A stretch of 64,000 nucleotides of DNA from an uncultured bacterium (GTDB lineage: Bacteria; Chloroflexota; UBA5177; JANWHV01). A model generated the notes under the pieces. It made no database searches, had not been told where the DNA came from, and saw only the letters and a list, made by a program, of their open reading frames with translations. Positions 49,496 to 59,422 of this stretch are shown in pieces. The translations under genes and the position numbers were made by a program. Within the stretch, counting starts at the first letter, position 1. The number at the start of each line of letters is the position of its first letter. The stretch lies in the NCBI GenBank assembly GCA_963729625.1, contig CAVSOU010000011.1, positions 480,001 through 544,000 of the forward strand. The letters run 5' to 3'.

Positions 49496-50119
49496 CTAGC
49501 GCACGAGCTTGCCAAGACCGTCCCGTCGGAGCGCTTGCGGCTGGCCGAGCTGAAGAGCAAGATGGTAGGCCTTCGCGCCTTCTTCCACGAAACAGGATAA
49601 CTCAAACGCGCTGGCCAGCGTGGGCCCGACGGCGAGGAGCCCGTGGTGAGCCCATATGACGGCGGGAGCATCGCCCATGGCATGCAGCATGTTATACGCG
49701 AACGCCTCTGAGCCGCTGGCCGCGAACGGCATGACAGGAACTGCGCCGCGCACCGTCGTCAGAAGGCTGGTCAGCACGGGCGGGATCTCACGTCCCAGCA
49801 TGCCAAACGCGTTCACATATGGCGGCTCGGTGTGCACAATACCATGGGCAGCGGGTCGCTCGCGGTACACTACGCAGTGCACGGGCGTCTCCGACGACGG
49901 CGCGTGCCTGCCGGCAATCACGCGCCCGCGCGCATCTATCTCCACCAGATCATCGGGCGTCATCACATCGTACCGAAGGGCGCTGGGCGTGATGAAGATG
50001 CGTCCAGTCTTCTCGTCGCGCGCGCTGACGTTCCCGCTCATGTTCGCCACGAGGCCCAGCTCGGACATGCGCCGCGCGACGTAGATAATCTCTTCTTGCA
50101 ACCCCAGAAAAGTACTCAT
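49496..50119 (-). CDS. Class II aldolase/adducin family protein (fuculose-phosphate aldolase-like)
   Basis: SGNVSAR, ITPS, PSSETPVH, IVHT, HHG. Confidence 0.88.
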   Translation of the reverse strand: MSTFLGLQEEIIYVARRMSELGLVANMSGNVSARDEKTGRIFITPSALRYDVMTPDDLVEIDARGRVIAGRHAPSSETPVHCVVYRERPAAHGIVHTEPPYVNAFGMLGREIPPVLTSLLTTVRGAVPVMPFAASGSEAFAYNMLHAMGDAPAVIWAHHGLLAVGPTLASAFELSCFVEEGAKAYHLALQLGQPQALRRDGLGKLVR

Positions 50120-50321
50120 TGCTTCCACCCTGCCATTTCCTGGCTTCAGTACCGGCTCGGAGGGCCGCATCCCGCGATCGCCGTGCCGCGGCTCCCCGAC
50201 CACCCGAACAGCGTAACGGTTCCACCCGGACAGGCGACCTCGGACGTCCCGCCGGCGGTCGCCGTCGCCTTACCTTGCGATGACGGCTGGCCGCTGGCAT
50301 CCGCTCGACGGCATCAACGCG

Positions 50322-50903
50322 TCAGGCGGTGTTTCCCCCAACCAACTGTTGGTAGCGGAAGCAATCCACCGTGTGATCGTTGACAAGTCCCGTTGCCTGC
50401 ATGAAAGCGTAGCAGATGGTCGGGCCGACAAAACTGAAACCACGGCGTTTGAGATCCTTGCTGACAGCCTCCGCCTCGGACGTGACCGCGGGTACCTGTG
50501 CAATCGAGATCCAGGCGTTCACGCGAGGACGGCCATCCACAAACCGCCAAATGTACTTGTCGAAGCTGCCGAACTCCTCCCGCACAACGAGGAAAGCACG
50601 CGCGTTGGCGACAGCGGATACGATCTTGGCCCTGTTTCGGATTATGCCGGCATCGGTCACGAGCATCTCCACCTTATCCTGGCCATAGCCGGCGATCAGC
50701 GTGTAGTCGAAGTCGTCGAATGCCCGCCGGTAGTTGCTCCTCCGATTGAGTATTGTGCTCCAGCTTAGGCCCGCCTGCGCGCCTTCAAGCAAGAGAAACT
50801 CGAACCACTTGCGGTCGTCGTGCACAGGCTGGCCCCACTCAGTATCGTGGTAGAGCGTGTACTGTTCACCCGATACCCACGCGCAACGAACCAGATCCGT
50901 CAT
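50322..50903 (-). CDS. tag: DNA-3-methyladenine glycosylase I
   Basis: RCAW, YHDTEWG, LEGAQAGLSWSTIL, GIIRNRAKI, FVGPTICYAFMQATGLVNDH..DC. Confidence 0.97.
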   Translation of the reverse strand: MTDLVRCAWVSGEQYTLYHDTEWGQPVHDDRKWFEFLLLEGAQAGLSWSTILNRRSNYRRAFDDFDYTLIAGYGQDKVEMLVTDAGIIRNRAKIVSAVANARAFLVVREEFGSFDKYIWRFVDGRPRVNAWISIAQVPAVTSEAEAVSKDLKRRGFSFVGPTICYAFMQATGLVNDHTVDCFRYQQLVGGNTA

Positions 50904-51170
50904 TGCAGCCTCGCATCAGTCCTACAACTTCTCAACTGCACAGCCCAAGCGGTCTGGAGCTGCGCCAGCTTTGTCGCCATCGACGAGCAGCCCGCCCTTG
51001 TGTCCGAAACGCTGACCGTGCCACGGGAATGCTATCAGACTGCGCAGGCAACAGCACGCCGTTCCATCCGCAGGCTACCTGGGTCTATGTGCAGACCGCG
51101 GCAGCGCACAGCGTAGCCTTGCCTCGGGGCAATGCGGATATGCAGCCGATCCGTCAGGGTGCCGGTTGAG

Positions 51171-52208
51171 TCACTGCGGCAAGCTGATCGATACCTTGAC
51201 CGATGTCGGCGGCATATGCGACGCGAACTCAAATGCCTTGATGCCGTCCTCGAACGCAAAGCGATCGGTGAGCAGCGGCTTGACGTTGATTCGTCCGCTG
51301 CCGAGCAGTTGCAACGCCCGCGGATAGACATGCGCATAGCGGAATACAGTCTCGATACGCGCCTCCTTGGCGGCGGCTGCCACGAGGTCGAAAGGAATCG
51401 GCTCGCCAGGCATGCCGATGTACACGATACAGCCACCCGGGCAGAGCGGCTCGATGGCCCCCGCGGCCGCTTGCACGCTGCCGCTGGCTTCGAACACCAT
51501 GTCGGCGCCCCATCCGTCGGTCATCTCGCGCACTACTTCGGACAGGCTCTGCTCCCGCACGTTGACCGGTGTGATCGGCCCCAGTGTGGCAGCCAGGTCG
51601 AGCTTCGGCTGCTGGACATCGGTGATGATCACGCGGCCGCAGCCGCCAGCCAGCGCCGCCAGTGCCGTGACCACGCCGATCGTGCCGGCGCCGGTGACCA
51701 CGGCTATCTCGCCGGGCTTGATCCGCGCCTTGGTGGCCGCGTGCATGCCGACCGCCAGAGGCTCAACCATGGCGCCTTCGGCAAAGCTGATGGTGTCCGG
51801 CAGCTTGAAGGTGAACGCCGCGGGGTGTACGACGTAGGGGGTCAGGCACCCATGTACGGGTGGCGTGGCCCAGAATCGCACGGCGGGATCGAGATTATAC
51901 AAGCCAAGTCGCGACGCCTTGCTGTTGGGGTCGGGGATGCCCGGCTCCATGCACACGCGATCCCCGGCATGCAGGTTCGTAACCTCCGACCCTACTTCGA
52001 CCACGGTGCCCGAGCCTTCGTGGCCCAGTACCATCGGTTCCCGCACGACAAATGGGCCGATTGCGCCATGCTCGTAGTAATGGACGTCGCTGCCACAGAT
52101 GCCAACCGTATGCATCTTGATCCGTACGTCGTGCGGACCCAGTGCCGACGGTACGTCGATGTCGCGCAAAGCAAGCTCGTGCGTTCGCTCGAGCACCAGT
52201 GATGTCAT
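51171..52208 (-). CDS. Zn-dependent polyol dehydrogenase (sorbitol/xylitol dehydrogenase-like)
   Basis: [46 protein letters not shown]. Confidence 0.92.
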   Translation of the reverse strand: MTSLVLERTHELALRDIDVPSALGPHDVRIKMHTVGICGSDVHYYEHGAIGPFVVREPMVLGHEGSGTVVEVGSEVTNLHAGDRVCMEPGIPDPNSKASRLGLYNLDPAVRFWATPPVHGCLTPYVVHPAAFTFKLPDTISFAEGAMVEPLAVGMHAATKARIKPGEIAVVTGAGTIGVVTALAALAGGCGRVIITDVQQPKLDLAATLGPITPVNVREQSLSEVVREMTDGWGADMVFEASGSVQAAAGAIEPLCPGGCIVYIGMPGEPIPFDLVAAAAKEARIETVFRYAHVYPRALQLLGSGRINVKPLLTDRFAFEDGIKAFEFASHMPPTSVKVSISLPQ

Positions 52209-52286
52209 CTTCGTTCCTTTCTGGACGTGTCTCGAGCGATTCCCGCTCGCTTCATAGAACCATCGCCATTGTCCCAGAACCCGCCG

Positions 52287-53144
52287 CTACTGGCCGCTCA
52301 TGGCGCCCATAGTCAGGCCGCGCACCAGCCATTTGCGGATCGCCACGCCGCATATCATGATCGGCACCAGAATAACTGTGCCCGTAGCCATGAGCTGGCC
52401 CCAGACGATGCCTTGCTGCGAAACCAGCTGCGACGCTGCTACTGGGATAGTCTGTGTATCAGCCCCAGTGAAGGTTGTAGCGAAAGCGAAGTCATTCCAG
52501 GCAAAGACAAGGCACAGAACGCCGGTTGCCACGACACCGGGAGCCGCCAGCGGCAGCGCCACGCGCCAGAAGCTGCCGAATGTCGAGCATCCATCCACCT
52601 TTGCCGACTCTTCGAGCTCTTTCGGGAGATCCCGGAAGAAAGCCTGCATGATCCAGATCGCGAACGGAAGGTTGAACGTGCAGTAGGCGACGATAAGGCC
52701 CTTCAAAGAGTCCAGCAGGTCGAGCTCACGGAACGTCATGTACAGCGGAATGATCACGGCAGCTATCGGCGCCATGCGTGTGCTGATAATCCAGAACGAC
52801 AGGTCGGATTTGCGTTTCCAGTTCACGCGCGCGAGGGCGAAGCCTCCGAGAGAGCCGAAGGCCAGCGAGATAATGGTCGATCCACCTGCCGCGATCACGC
52901 TGTTGCTCAGAAAAGTAGTGAAGTTTCCGCCTCCGAAAAACATAAACCTGTACGAGTACGTATCGATGGGCACGAACAGCTTCGGCGGCATCGATAGCAT
53001 GCTGGCCTGCGTACGGAACGACGACAGCACCATCCACACGATTGGCACCATCGTCCACAGCAGGAACACCAGAATGAAGGCGTAGATGCCTATGCGTGCC
53101 GGCGTAAGGCTCGAGCGTTTCTTATGCGGCATCGCGATCGACAT
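52287..53144 (-). CDS. Carbohydrate ABC transporter permease (MalG-like)
   Basis: EAA loop LPKELEESAKVDG; FAWNDF; multiple TM segments. Confidence 0.93.
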   Translation of the reverse strand: MSIAMPHKKRSSLTPARIGIYAFILVFLLWTMVPIVWMVLSSFRTQASMLSMPPKLFVPIDTYSYRFMFFGGGNFTTFLSNSVIAAGGSTIISLAFGSLGGFALARVNWKRKSDLSFWIISTRMAPIAAVIIPLYMTFRELDLLDSLKGLIVAYCTFNLPFAIWIMQAFFRDLPKELEESAKVDGCSTFGSFWRVALPLAAPGVVATGVLCLVFAWNDFAFATTFTGADTQTIPVAASQLVSQQGIVWGQLMATGTVILVPIMICGVAIRKWLVRGLTMGAMSGQ

Positions 53145-54075
53145 TCGTATCTCCCTTCATCATGAATCCCACGAACACCTTGCCCAGAATGATGGTCACG
53201 ACCAGCATGCTGAGACCGATCGCCGCCGCATAGCCGAGATTGAAGAAGCGGAATGCCGTTTCGTAGAGGCGAATCGGAATGATCTTCGTGGCGTCGGCCG
53301 GCCCGCCTGCCGTCGTGATCGTGATGATGTCGTAGTAGCGGATCGCGTCCATCGAGCGAATCAAGAGAGCCACGAGGAGCGTGGCCCGGAGCATCGGCAG
53401 AATCACGAACCACAGGCGCTGCAACGACGAGGCGCCGTCGACGCTCGCCGCCTCCAGGGGCTCGCGAGGCAGGGAGCTCAGGCCCGCCGCCACAATCAGG
53501 ACGATCAGCGGCGTCCATTCCCAGGCGTCCATCAGCACGACTGCCGGCAGCGCGGTGGCTATCCCCAGGATGTCGGACGTATTGAAGAAGCCGAGCTGGT
53601 GCAGAAAGTAGGCGTACAGTCCGTATGAGGAATTGGTCAGGAACAGTCCAAGCAGCCCTACCACGATCGGCGCCATGAACATGGGCAGGATCACCATTGT
53701 GAGGACGGCATTGCGGAAGGCGCCCATCGCGGTGATCGCCAGCGCGACGCAGATGCCAAGCAGCATCTCGACCGTGAGCGTCGCGCCCACGTACTCGACG
53801 GTAGTGAGCCAGCTGCTCCACACCTGGGAGTCGCTGAACAGTGTTCTCCAGTTGTCGAGTCCGACGAAGCTGAAGCTGATACCGCCGACCAGGGTTATGC
53901 TGTTGAAGCTCATCCAGATCAGGTAGAAGAACGGATAGATGCTCAGCGCCGCGAGCAGCAGCAGGGCCGGCAATAGCATCCAGAACTCGGCTGAAGGTGG
54001 GCGCAGCCTGCGTTTCTTCGCGGGGACGAATGCACCAGCACCACCCGCCGGCTGTATGTCAGATGCAACTGCCAT
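53122..54075 (-). CDS. Carbohydrate ABC transporter permease (MalF-like)
   Basis: FVGLDNW, DAWEWTP, EAASVDGA, TAGGP. Confidence 0.93.
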   Translation of the reverse strand: MAVASDIQPAGGAGAFVPAKKRRLRPPSAEFWMLLPALLLLAALSIYPFFYLIWMSFNSITLVGGISFSFVGLDNWRTLFSDSQVWSSWLTTVEYVGATLTVEMLLGICVALAITAMGAFRNAVLTMVILPMFMAPIVVGLLGLFLTNSSYGLYAYFLHQLGFFNTSDILGIATALPAVVLMDAWEWTPLIVLIVAAGLSSLPREPLEAASVDGASSLQRLWFVILPMLRATLLVALLIRSMDAIRYYDIITITTAGGPADATKIIPIRLYETAFRFFNLGYAAAIGLSMLVVTIILGKVFVGFMMKGDTNVDRDAA

Positions 54076-54120
54076 CTACTTATCCTTCACAGATGATGCC
54101 GTCATGGCTTCCTCGACAGC

Positions 54121-54149
54121 GCCGGGGCAGCACGCGGTGCTGCCCCGGC
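54121..54149 (-). terminator. Perfect 13-bp stem-loop after the solute-binding protein gene
   Basis: GCCGGGGCAGCAC-GCG-GTGCTGCCCCGGC; typical position for an mRNA-stabilising or attenuating hairpin in sugar ABC operons. Confidence 0.6.
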
Positions 54150-54169
54150 TTGCCCTGGCTAACGTGATG

Positions 54170-55630
54170 CTAGGCGCCGTTAGCCGCGTCGAATTGTGTG
54201 GCGGCATTCTTCATCGCGTCCGCGGACCCTTGCTTCCCGGCAAGCATCTTGGAGAGCTCGGTGAAGATAATGGTATCGCACTTGAGCCACGTGGACACCT
54301 TGGGCCGGAAGCCGATATTCTGCGGCAGCCAGGCGGTCAGGCATCCTTGCATGGATACAAGGTTCGGGTACTTCGAGCTGAACGTCTTCTCGGCGGCCTT
54401 GATGTCCGGTCGATTGTAGACAGACGTGCGAACCGGCGTCTCGCCGCCGACCTTCGAAGCGGCGCAGAGAACCTCAGTATCCGGCGAAGTGACCCACAGA
54501 ATGAACAGATAGGCGGCGCCCTGCGCGTCCGCGCTGGCGTTTGCATTGATGCCCACGCCCGTGCCGCCCCAGAGGTTGCAGCTGCGCTTTGGACCGCGCG
54601 GCAGGGCGGCGTAGCCGACCTTGCCTGCCACCTTCGAGCTGCTCGGGTTCTCCAGACCCGAAGCGAACTCGTGCCACTCCGGCATCATGGCGATGTCGCC
54701 GGCCGCGAACGCGTTGTTCACGCCCGTCCAGTCCCATGTCGTGCTGCTGGGATGCGCGATCTTCAGCAGCTTCTGGTAGAACGCGGCGGCCGCCAGTGCC
54801 TGGGGCGAGGTCAGCTGGCACTTGCCAGGCTTGAGCACGCCGACTGAGCCGACCGGGTCGGGCTCGCCGGGGAAGTACTTCCCGCCGTAGGCGTACAGAA
54901 CGTTGGAGAAGTCGCACTGCAGCGAGTCATACTCTTGGGCCTGGTGGCCGGTGCCGTACTTGACCTCGTGGACGTTCGCATTCATCCAGTCGGCCATGGC
55001 GTAGTACTGCTCCCAGGTCAGGTGCGGTCCCGGGGTCCAGTCGAAGCCCTTCGCCTTCATGAAGGCATCTTTGTACTTGGCGATGAGGTCCTTACGGTAG
55101 ATCCAGATCATCGTCGGGCAGTCGTAGGGGAACGTGTACAGGTGGGTCTTGTCCAGGAAGTAGCTGCAGCCGACCAGCTGCGAGGGAATGAAGTCCTTGA
55201 TGCCGCCGGGACCTGGAACTGCCGGGAACTTGGGATCCTTGACGAACTTGGTCAGATCGACCAGGCCCTTGAAGTACGGTGCCATGATCTGGTAAGGGTC
55301 CGCGTAGATGAGCTCGTACGCTGCGGCGCCGGATCCCATGTCGAGCGCGACCTTCTCCACCACATTGCCGAGCTGAGTCTGCGTGATCTTGACGTCGATG
55401 CCGGTAAGGGCCTTGAAGGCGCCGATGTTCGCCGACGCGGCAGAGCTTGGCGCCGTGTTCTCGGAGATGAAATTCAGCTTGCCGCCGCTGAACTGTTTCC
55501 ACATGTCGGCGTTTGCTCGCTGCGCTAACGTCGTCCCTCGATACCAGCTGAACGAGCTGCCTGCAAATGCCGCACCGGCGGCAGTTGCCGCGGTGCCGGC
55601 AATGAAGCCTTTGCGCGTGATCGTACTCAT
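54170..55630 (-). CDS. Sugar ABC transporter substrate-binding protein (family 1) with Tat-like signal
   Basis: TRKGFI signal, IYRKDL, TWEQY, FAAGDIAM, SKVAGKVGYAALP. Confidence 0.9.
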   Translation of the reverse strand: MSTITRKGFIAGTAATAAGAAFAGSSFSWYRGTTLAQRANADMWKQFSGGKLNFISENTAPSSAASANIGAFKALTGIDVKITQTQLGNVVEKVALDMGSGAAAYELIYADPYQIMAPYFKGLVDLTKFVKDPKFPAVPGPGGIKDFIPSQLVGCSYFLDKTHLYTFPYDCPTMIWIYRKDLIAKYKDAFMKAKGFDWTPGPHLTWEQYYAMADWMNANVHEVKYGTGHQAQEYDSLQCDFSNVLYAYGGKYFPGEPDPVGSVGVLKPGKCQLTSPQALAAAAFYQKLLKIAHPSSTTWDWTGVNNAFAAGDIAMMPEWHEFASGLENPSSSKVAGKVGYAALPRGPKRSCNLWGGTGVGINANASADAQGAAYLFILWVTSPDTEVLCAASKVGGETPVRTSVYNRPDIKAAEKTFSSKYPNLVSMQGCLTAWLPQNIGFRPKVSTWLKCDTIIFTELSKMLAGKQGSADAMKNAATQFDAANGA

Positions 55631-55755
55631 CGTCTGGAATGATCCCTTCTCCATTGGCGAGATGGCGTATGCCATCTCTCACAGAATCAGGTGGATGACC
55701 TCCGGCCCGGCCCTGCCATCCGGCAGTGCCGCAGACCTTGGTTGGCGGACTGCTA

Positions 55756-56580
55756 TCACCCCCCTTCCAGAGCGCCGACCAGCTTGACTCCGGATGGCGC
55801 GGCGTGAACAATGTGCACCTCAACACCGATCTGGCGAAAGTGCCTCAACGCGGCATCGTGCACGCCATCGTCAGTGACCAGAATCTGGCCCGCCTCGAGC
55901 AGGCCCACCCTTGCCAGGAAGCGCTTCCCAATCTTGGTGCTATCGGCCACGATGATCACGCGATCCGCGGCGCGAATCATCGCCCGCTTCGTCTCAGCCT
56001 CGCTGAGATCGCCGCACGACATGCCCAGAGTGAAGTCGATCCCACTCATTCCCACCACGATAGTCGAGAAGTGAAGCCGCGACAGCGCGGCAACCACGTC
56101 AGGTCCGGAAAACAGCAGAGACGAGTGATGGAGGGTGCCGCCCAACGACACAACGGTGACGTTGGCATGGCGGGCCAGCTCCACCATGGCCGAGAGTGAG
56201 TGTGTCGCAACGGTGAGCCCGGGGTGACGCGTCAGGTGCCGCGCCACCTCCAGCGCCGTGGTCCCGGCGTCGATGCCGATTGCCTCTCCTGATTGGATCA
56301 TGGCGGCAGCATGCGCGCCGATAGCTACTTTCTCCGGCCGCTGCTCGGCGCTTCGAACGGCATTGTCGCCCTCCAGCACGGCAGATTGGTTGAGTCGCGC
56401 ACCGCCATGCACGAGGATGAGCACGCCCATCTGAGCCAGCTCCTGCAAATCGCGGCGCGCCGTCATGGCAGACACGCGAAGCAAGTTGCTTAACTCGACC
56501 GTGCTGTAGTAAGAGCGGTGATCGAACAGCTCGATAATGCGGGCCTGGCGCTCGGTCGGCGAGGTCCGATGTTCCCGCAT
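55756..56580 (-). CDS. DeoR/GlpR-family transcriptional regulator
   Basis: ERQARII...VSAMTARRDLQEL...HGGA; IDAGTT; ADSTK. Confidence 0.93.
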   Translation of the reverse strand: MREHRTSPTERQARIIELFDHRSYYSTVELSNLLRVSAMTARRDLQELAQMGVLILVHGGARLNQSAVLEGDNAVRSAEQRPEKVAIGAHAAAMIQSGEAIGIDAGTTALEVARHLTRHPGLTVATHSLSAMVELARHANVTVVSLGGTLHHSSLLFSGPDVVAALSRLHFSTIVVGMSGIDFTLGMSCGDLSEAETKRAMIRAADRVIIVADSTKIGKRFLARVGLLEAGQILVTDDGVHDAALRHFRQIGVEVHIVHAAPSGVKLVGALEGG

Positions 56581-56805
56581 CGTCCCGCCGTATTTGCCTG
56601 GTATGGCAGCAACCGACGAACCTTCCATTTCACCGCAGCCTCAGCAGACCGACAGCACCTACCACATAGAGCAGAACAGAACCGCGATACTGGACGCCAA
56701 CGGGTACGACATGTCCCGCCAGCTTCTATCACCAACTGCATCTTCCATCGGTTTCGCACAGTCAGTGGCAAATAACTAACAGTGGCGAGCCTTCAGTGCA
56801 AGAAA

Positions 56806-56867
56806 ACTATACGCTCTGCCCGATCATCTGTCAATAAATGCACAGATAGGTACCTGTTTGTGTATTT
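56806..56867 (-). promoter_or_regulatory. sigma70 promoter of the deoR-ABC operon with upstream palindromic operator
   Basis: Minus strand TTGACA (56834-56829), 17 bp, TATAGT (56811-56806); imperfect palindrome AAATGCACAGATAGG-TA-CCTGTTTGTGTATTT (56836-56867). Confidence 0.7.
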
Positions 56868-56962
56868 GCGCACGTCAATGGTGCTCGGGCTAGTACGAAC
56901 AGTTGCGGGGGCTTGCGGGCGCATTCTAGGCGAGGTTCGCGTCGTGGCGTGCGGATGACGCG

Positions 56963-58465
56963 CTAGTGGTCCCCGAGACCGGCCAGCCAAGCCTGATAGA
57001 TCGACTCGTAGCGATCGTGCTCGGCCGGACGCGATGCCACGACGCTATGCCGCGCAAGTTCTCGACTGACCGAGGTCAGGCTCTCTGCGCGGTCGGCGCC
57101 GACCCACGCGCACATCGCGGCCCCCAGCGCGGCAGCTTCCGGAACGCCTACGAGGAGAGGAACGTCAAGGACATCGGCCAGGATCTGGCGCCAGAGCGTA
57201 CTGCGCACCTGGCCACCTCCTACGTGCAGGACGGATGCCCGCGAACCTGACACTTCGCGGATCAGATCCCAGTTGTAGCGCATGGCAAAGACAATGCTCT
57301 CGAGCGCGGCGCGAACGAGGGCAGCGCGCGTTGCCGCAACTGGTTCTAGAACGTGCATGCCCAGGAACGACACGCTGCGCTGCACTATCTCGCGTCGGCG
57401 GAGATCCATTCTGTTGGCGCCAAGATAGAGCCGAATACCGTCTGCGCCGGCCGGCGCCATAGCCGCGGCCTCGTCCATTTCGTCAAAGCTCGTGCCGAGC
57501 CCGGGCTGGCCGGCGCTATGCGGCCAAAGCAGTTCACGGAGCCAACGAAAGCTCATGCCGGTACATCCCGCGTTGGCTTCGACCGCCCACAACTGGGGCA
57601 CGACATGGCACTGAGTCCACGTGCGCTCCTTCGCGTCGAGCAGGCAATGGCCAACAATCTGCAGCATCGGTGTCGTCGTCCCCGAGACGGCTCCCACGGC
57701 GCCGAGGTCGACGACGCCCAGTCCAAGCAGTCCGCACTGACCATCGCCTCCGGCCAGTACAACGCGCGTTCCAGGCAGAAGACCCAGATCCTCGGCCGCG
57801 GCGTGTGTCAGTGTGCCAATCACCTGTCCAGCCACCCCGATCGCGGGAAGCGAATCCATCGCAACCCCGACGAGATCGCAGACTGAAGACGACCACTGCT
57901 GCTTCCTGATGTCGAACAGCAAGCTGGCCGAAGCGCTGGACGGCTCGGTTACGGCAACGCCACTCATGCGATAGCCAAGCCAGCTATCGAGCGAGAATAT
58001 AAGACTTGTCGCTTCGCGAAGGTCGGGCTGATGGCGACGAAGCCACTCCAGTCGTCCCGGAGTGTGCTCGGAGCTCAAGGGATGTCCGGTGATCCTGTAA
58101 ATGAGATCCCCGTGGGACCGAAACAGCGCATCGTTCTCGGCACTGGCCCGAGAATCGAGCGAGGAATATCCCGCCAGGGCGCGGCCATCCCGATCGACCA
58201 GCACGAGGCCTTCGCGCTGACTCGTGGCGCTGATGGCCTGCACGGCCTGAGGGGGAAGGTCGGCGAGGGCCATGGCTTCGCGCGTGGCCGCGCACATCTC
58301 GAGCCAGAGGCTCTCGGCATCGAACGTGCTGGCGCCGGGCACCGTCCGCGGGGAGTCGTACGACCACTCGCGATAGACCGATGCGAGTACATGCCCTGAT
58401 GCATCGCACGCCACACTGCGCCCGCCGCCAATGCCGGCGTCGAGCGCGATCACACACTCCCTCAC
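56963..58465 (-). CDS. FGGY-family carbohydrate kinase
   Basis: VIALDAG, ATSQREG, DSRA, TEPSSAS, GGDGQCG, RAALES, GGGQVRS.LW.QILADV, AALGAA; GTG start chosen by homology (ORF open to 58594). Confidence 0.9.
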   Translation of the reverse strand: MRECVIALDAGIGGGRSVACDASGHVLASVYREWSYDSPRTVPGASTFDAESLWLEMCAATREAMALADLPPQAVQAISATSQREGLVLVDRDGRALAGYSSLDSRASAENDALFRSHGDLIYRITGHPLSSEHTPGRLEWLRRHQPDLREATSLIFSLDSWLGYRMSGVAVTEPSSASASLLFDIRKQQWSSSVCDLVGVAMDSLPAIGVAGQVIGTLTHAAAEDLGLLPGTRVVLAGGDGQCGLLGLGVVDLGAVGAVSGTTTPMLQIVGHCLLDAKERTWTQCHVVPQLWAVEANAGCTGMSFRWLRELLWPHSAGQPGLGTSFDEMDEAAAMAPAGADGIRLYLGANRMDLRRREIVQRSVSFLGMHVLEPVAATRAALVRAALESIVFAMRYNWDLIREVSGSRASVLHVGGGQVRSTLWRQILADVLDVPLLVGVPEAAALGAAMCAWVGADRAESLTSVSRELARHSVVASRPAEHDRYESIYQAWLAGLGDH

Positions 58466-58848
58466 CGAAACCCTACTTTCAGTGCGCCAGTACAACGCGC
58501 GGCCGTTCGGTACTCCCGGATCCGGTAGCGCGGTCGTGTCTCGCCACACCAAGGCTCGTCCGGGCGACGACACTCCGTGAGACGTTCTCAGCATCGGGCT
58601 GAAACGTCACACCCAAGGCTATCACAGTAGTGACCGCCCTGACGACGGTTTGCGATGTCTTCGACGTGTGATCGAGCGGTCGTGGGCACCGCGGTTTGCA
58701 GTACGCTGCATGGCGGTGAGGAAGACCGGTATCGCCTCACTGCGCGCGAGCAATCGTGAACCGATGTGCACGACGTTCGTGTCTGACCGATAGCGGGTAT
58801 TGGCCGGGGAATTGTCGCCCGGCCGCACGGAGCGAGAGGATGATGAGG

Positions 58849-59418
58849 GTGGCTGATAAGATGTCGATAGCATCACTCGGACACGTCGCCGCCGGCGAGA
58901 TAGCCGCGGTCGTGGCAAATGTTCCCGAGGACCAGGTAGCGCGCTTGCGTTCTGAGCTGCGGACAGCGCGCTATATCCTGACACATGGCCTGGGACGCGA
59001 AGGGCTGGTGATGCGCAGTTTTGCTATGCGCCTCATGCACCTTGGCCTGCCGGTCGGAGTTGTCGGTGACATGACGGCGGGTCCCAGCGGCGCGGGAACG
59101 GTCTTCGTGTGCAGTGCCGGTCCGGGCATGTTCGCGAGTATTGCCGCCCTCATGGACAACGCCCGCCATGCCGGCGCGTCGATTGCGTTGCTGACGGCGC
59201 ATCCAGAGGCCGGAGGCGCGAACATGGCGGACCTTGTGGTTGAAATACCTGCACAGACAATGATGGGCTCTCGGAAGGGGCAGGCTTCCGAGCAAGTCAT
59301 GGGTTCGATTTACGAGCAGGCCATGTGGGTGCTTCTCGACTGTATCGTCTGGCAGTTGGCGCAAGAGCTTGGCCAGACGCAGCAGCAGATGGCCGCGCGC
59401 CACACCAATATGGAATGA
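58849..59418 (+). CDS. SIS-domain sugar-phosphate isomerase (6-phospho-3-hexuloisomerase-like)
   Basis: GLGREGLVMRSFAMRLMHLG, VVGDMT, SAGPG, MGSIYEQ, MAARHTNME; start uncertain (58840-58861). Confidence 0.85.
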   Translation: MADKMSIASLGHVAAGEIAAVVANVPEDQVARLRSELRTARYILTHGLGREGLVMRSFAMRLMHLGLPVGVVGDMTAGPSGAGTVFVCSAGPGMFASIAALMDNARHAGASIALLTAHPEAGGANMADLVVEIPAQTMMGSRKGQASEQVMGSIYEQAMWVLLDCIVWQLAQELGQTQQQMAARHTNME

Positions 59419-59422
59419 CAGA

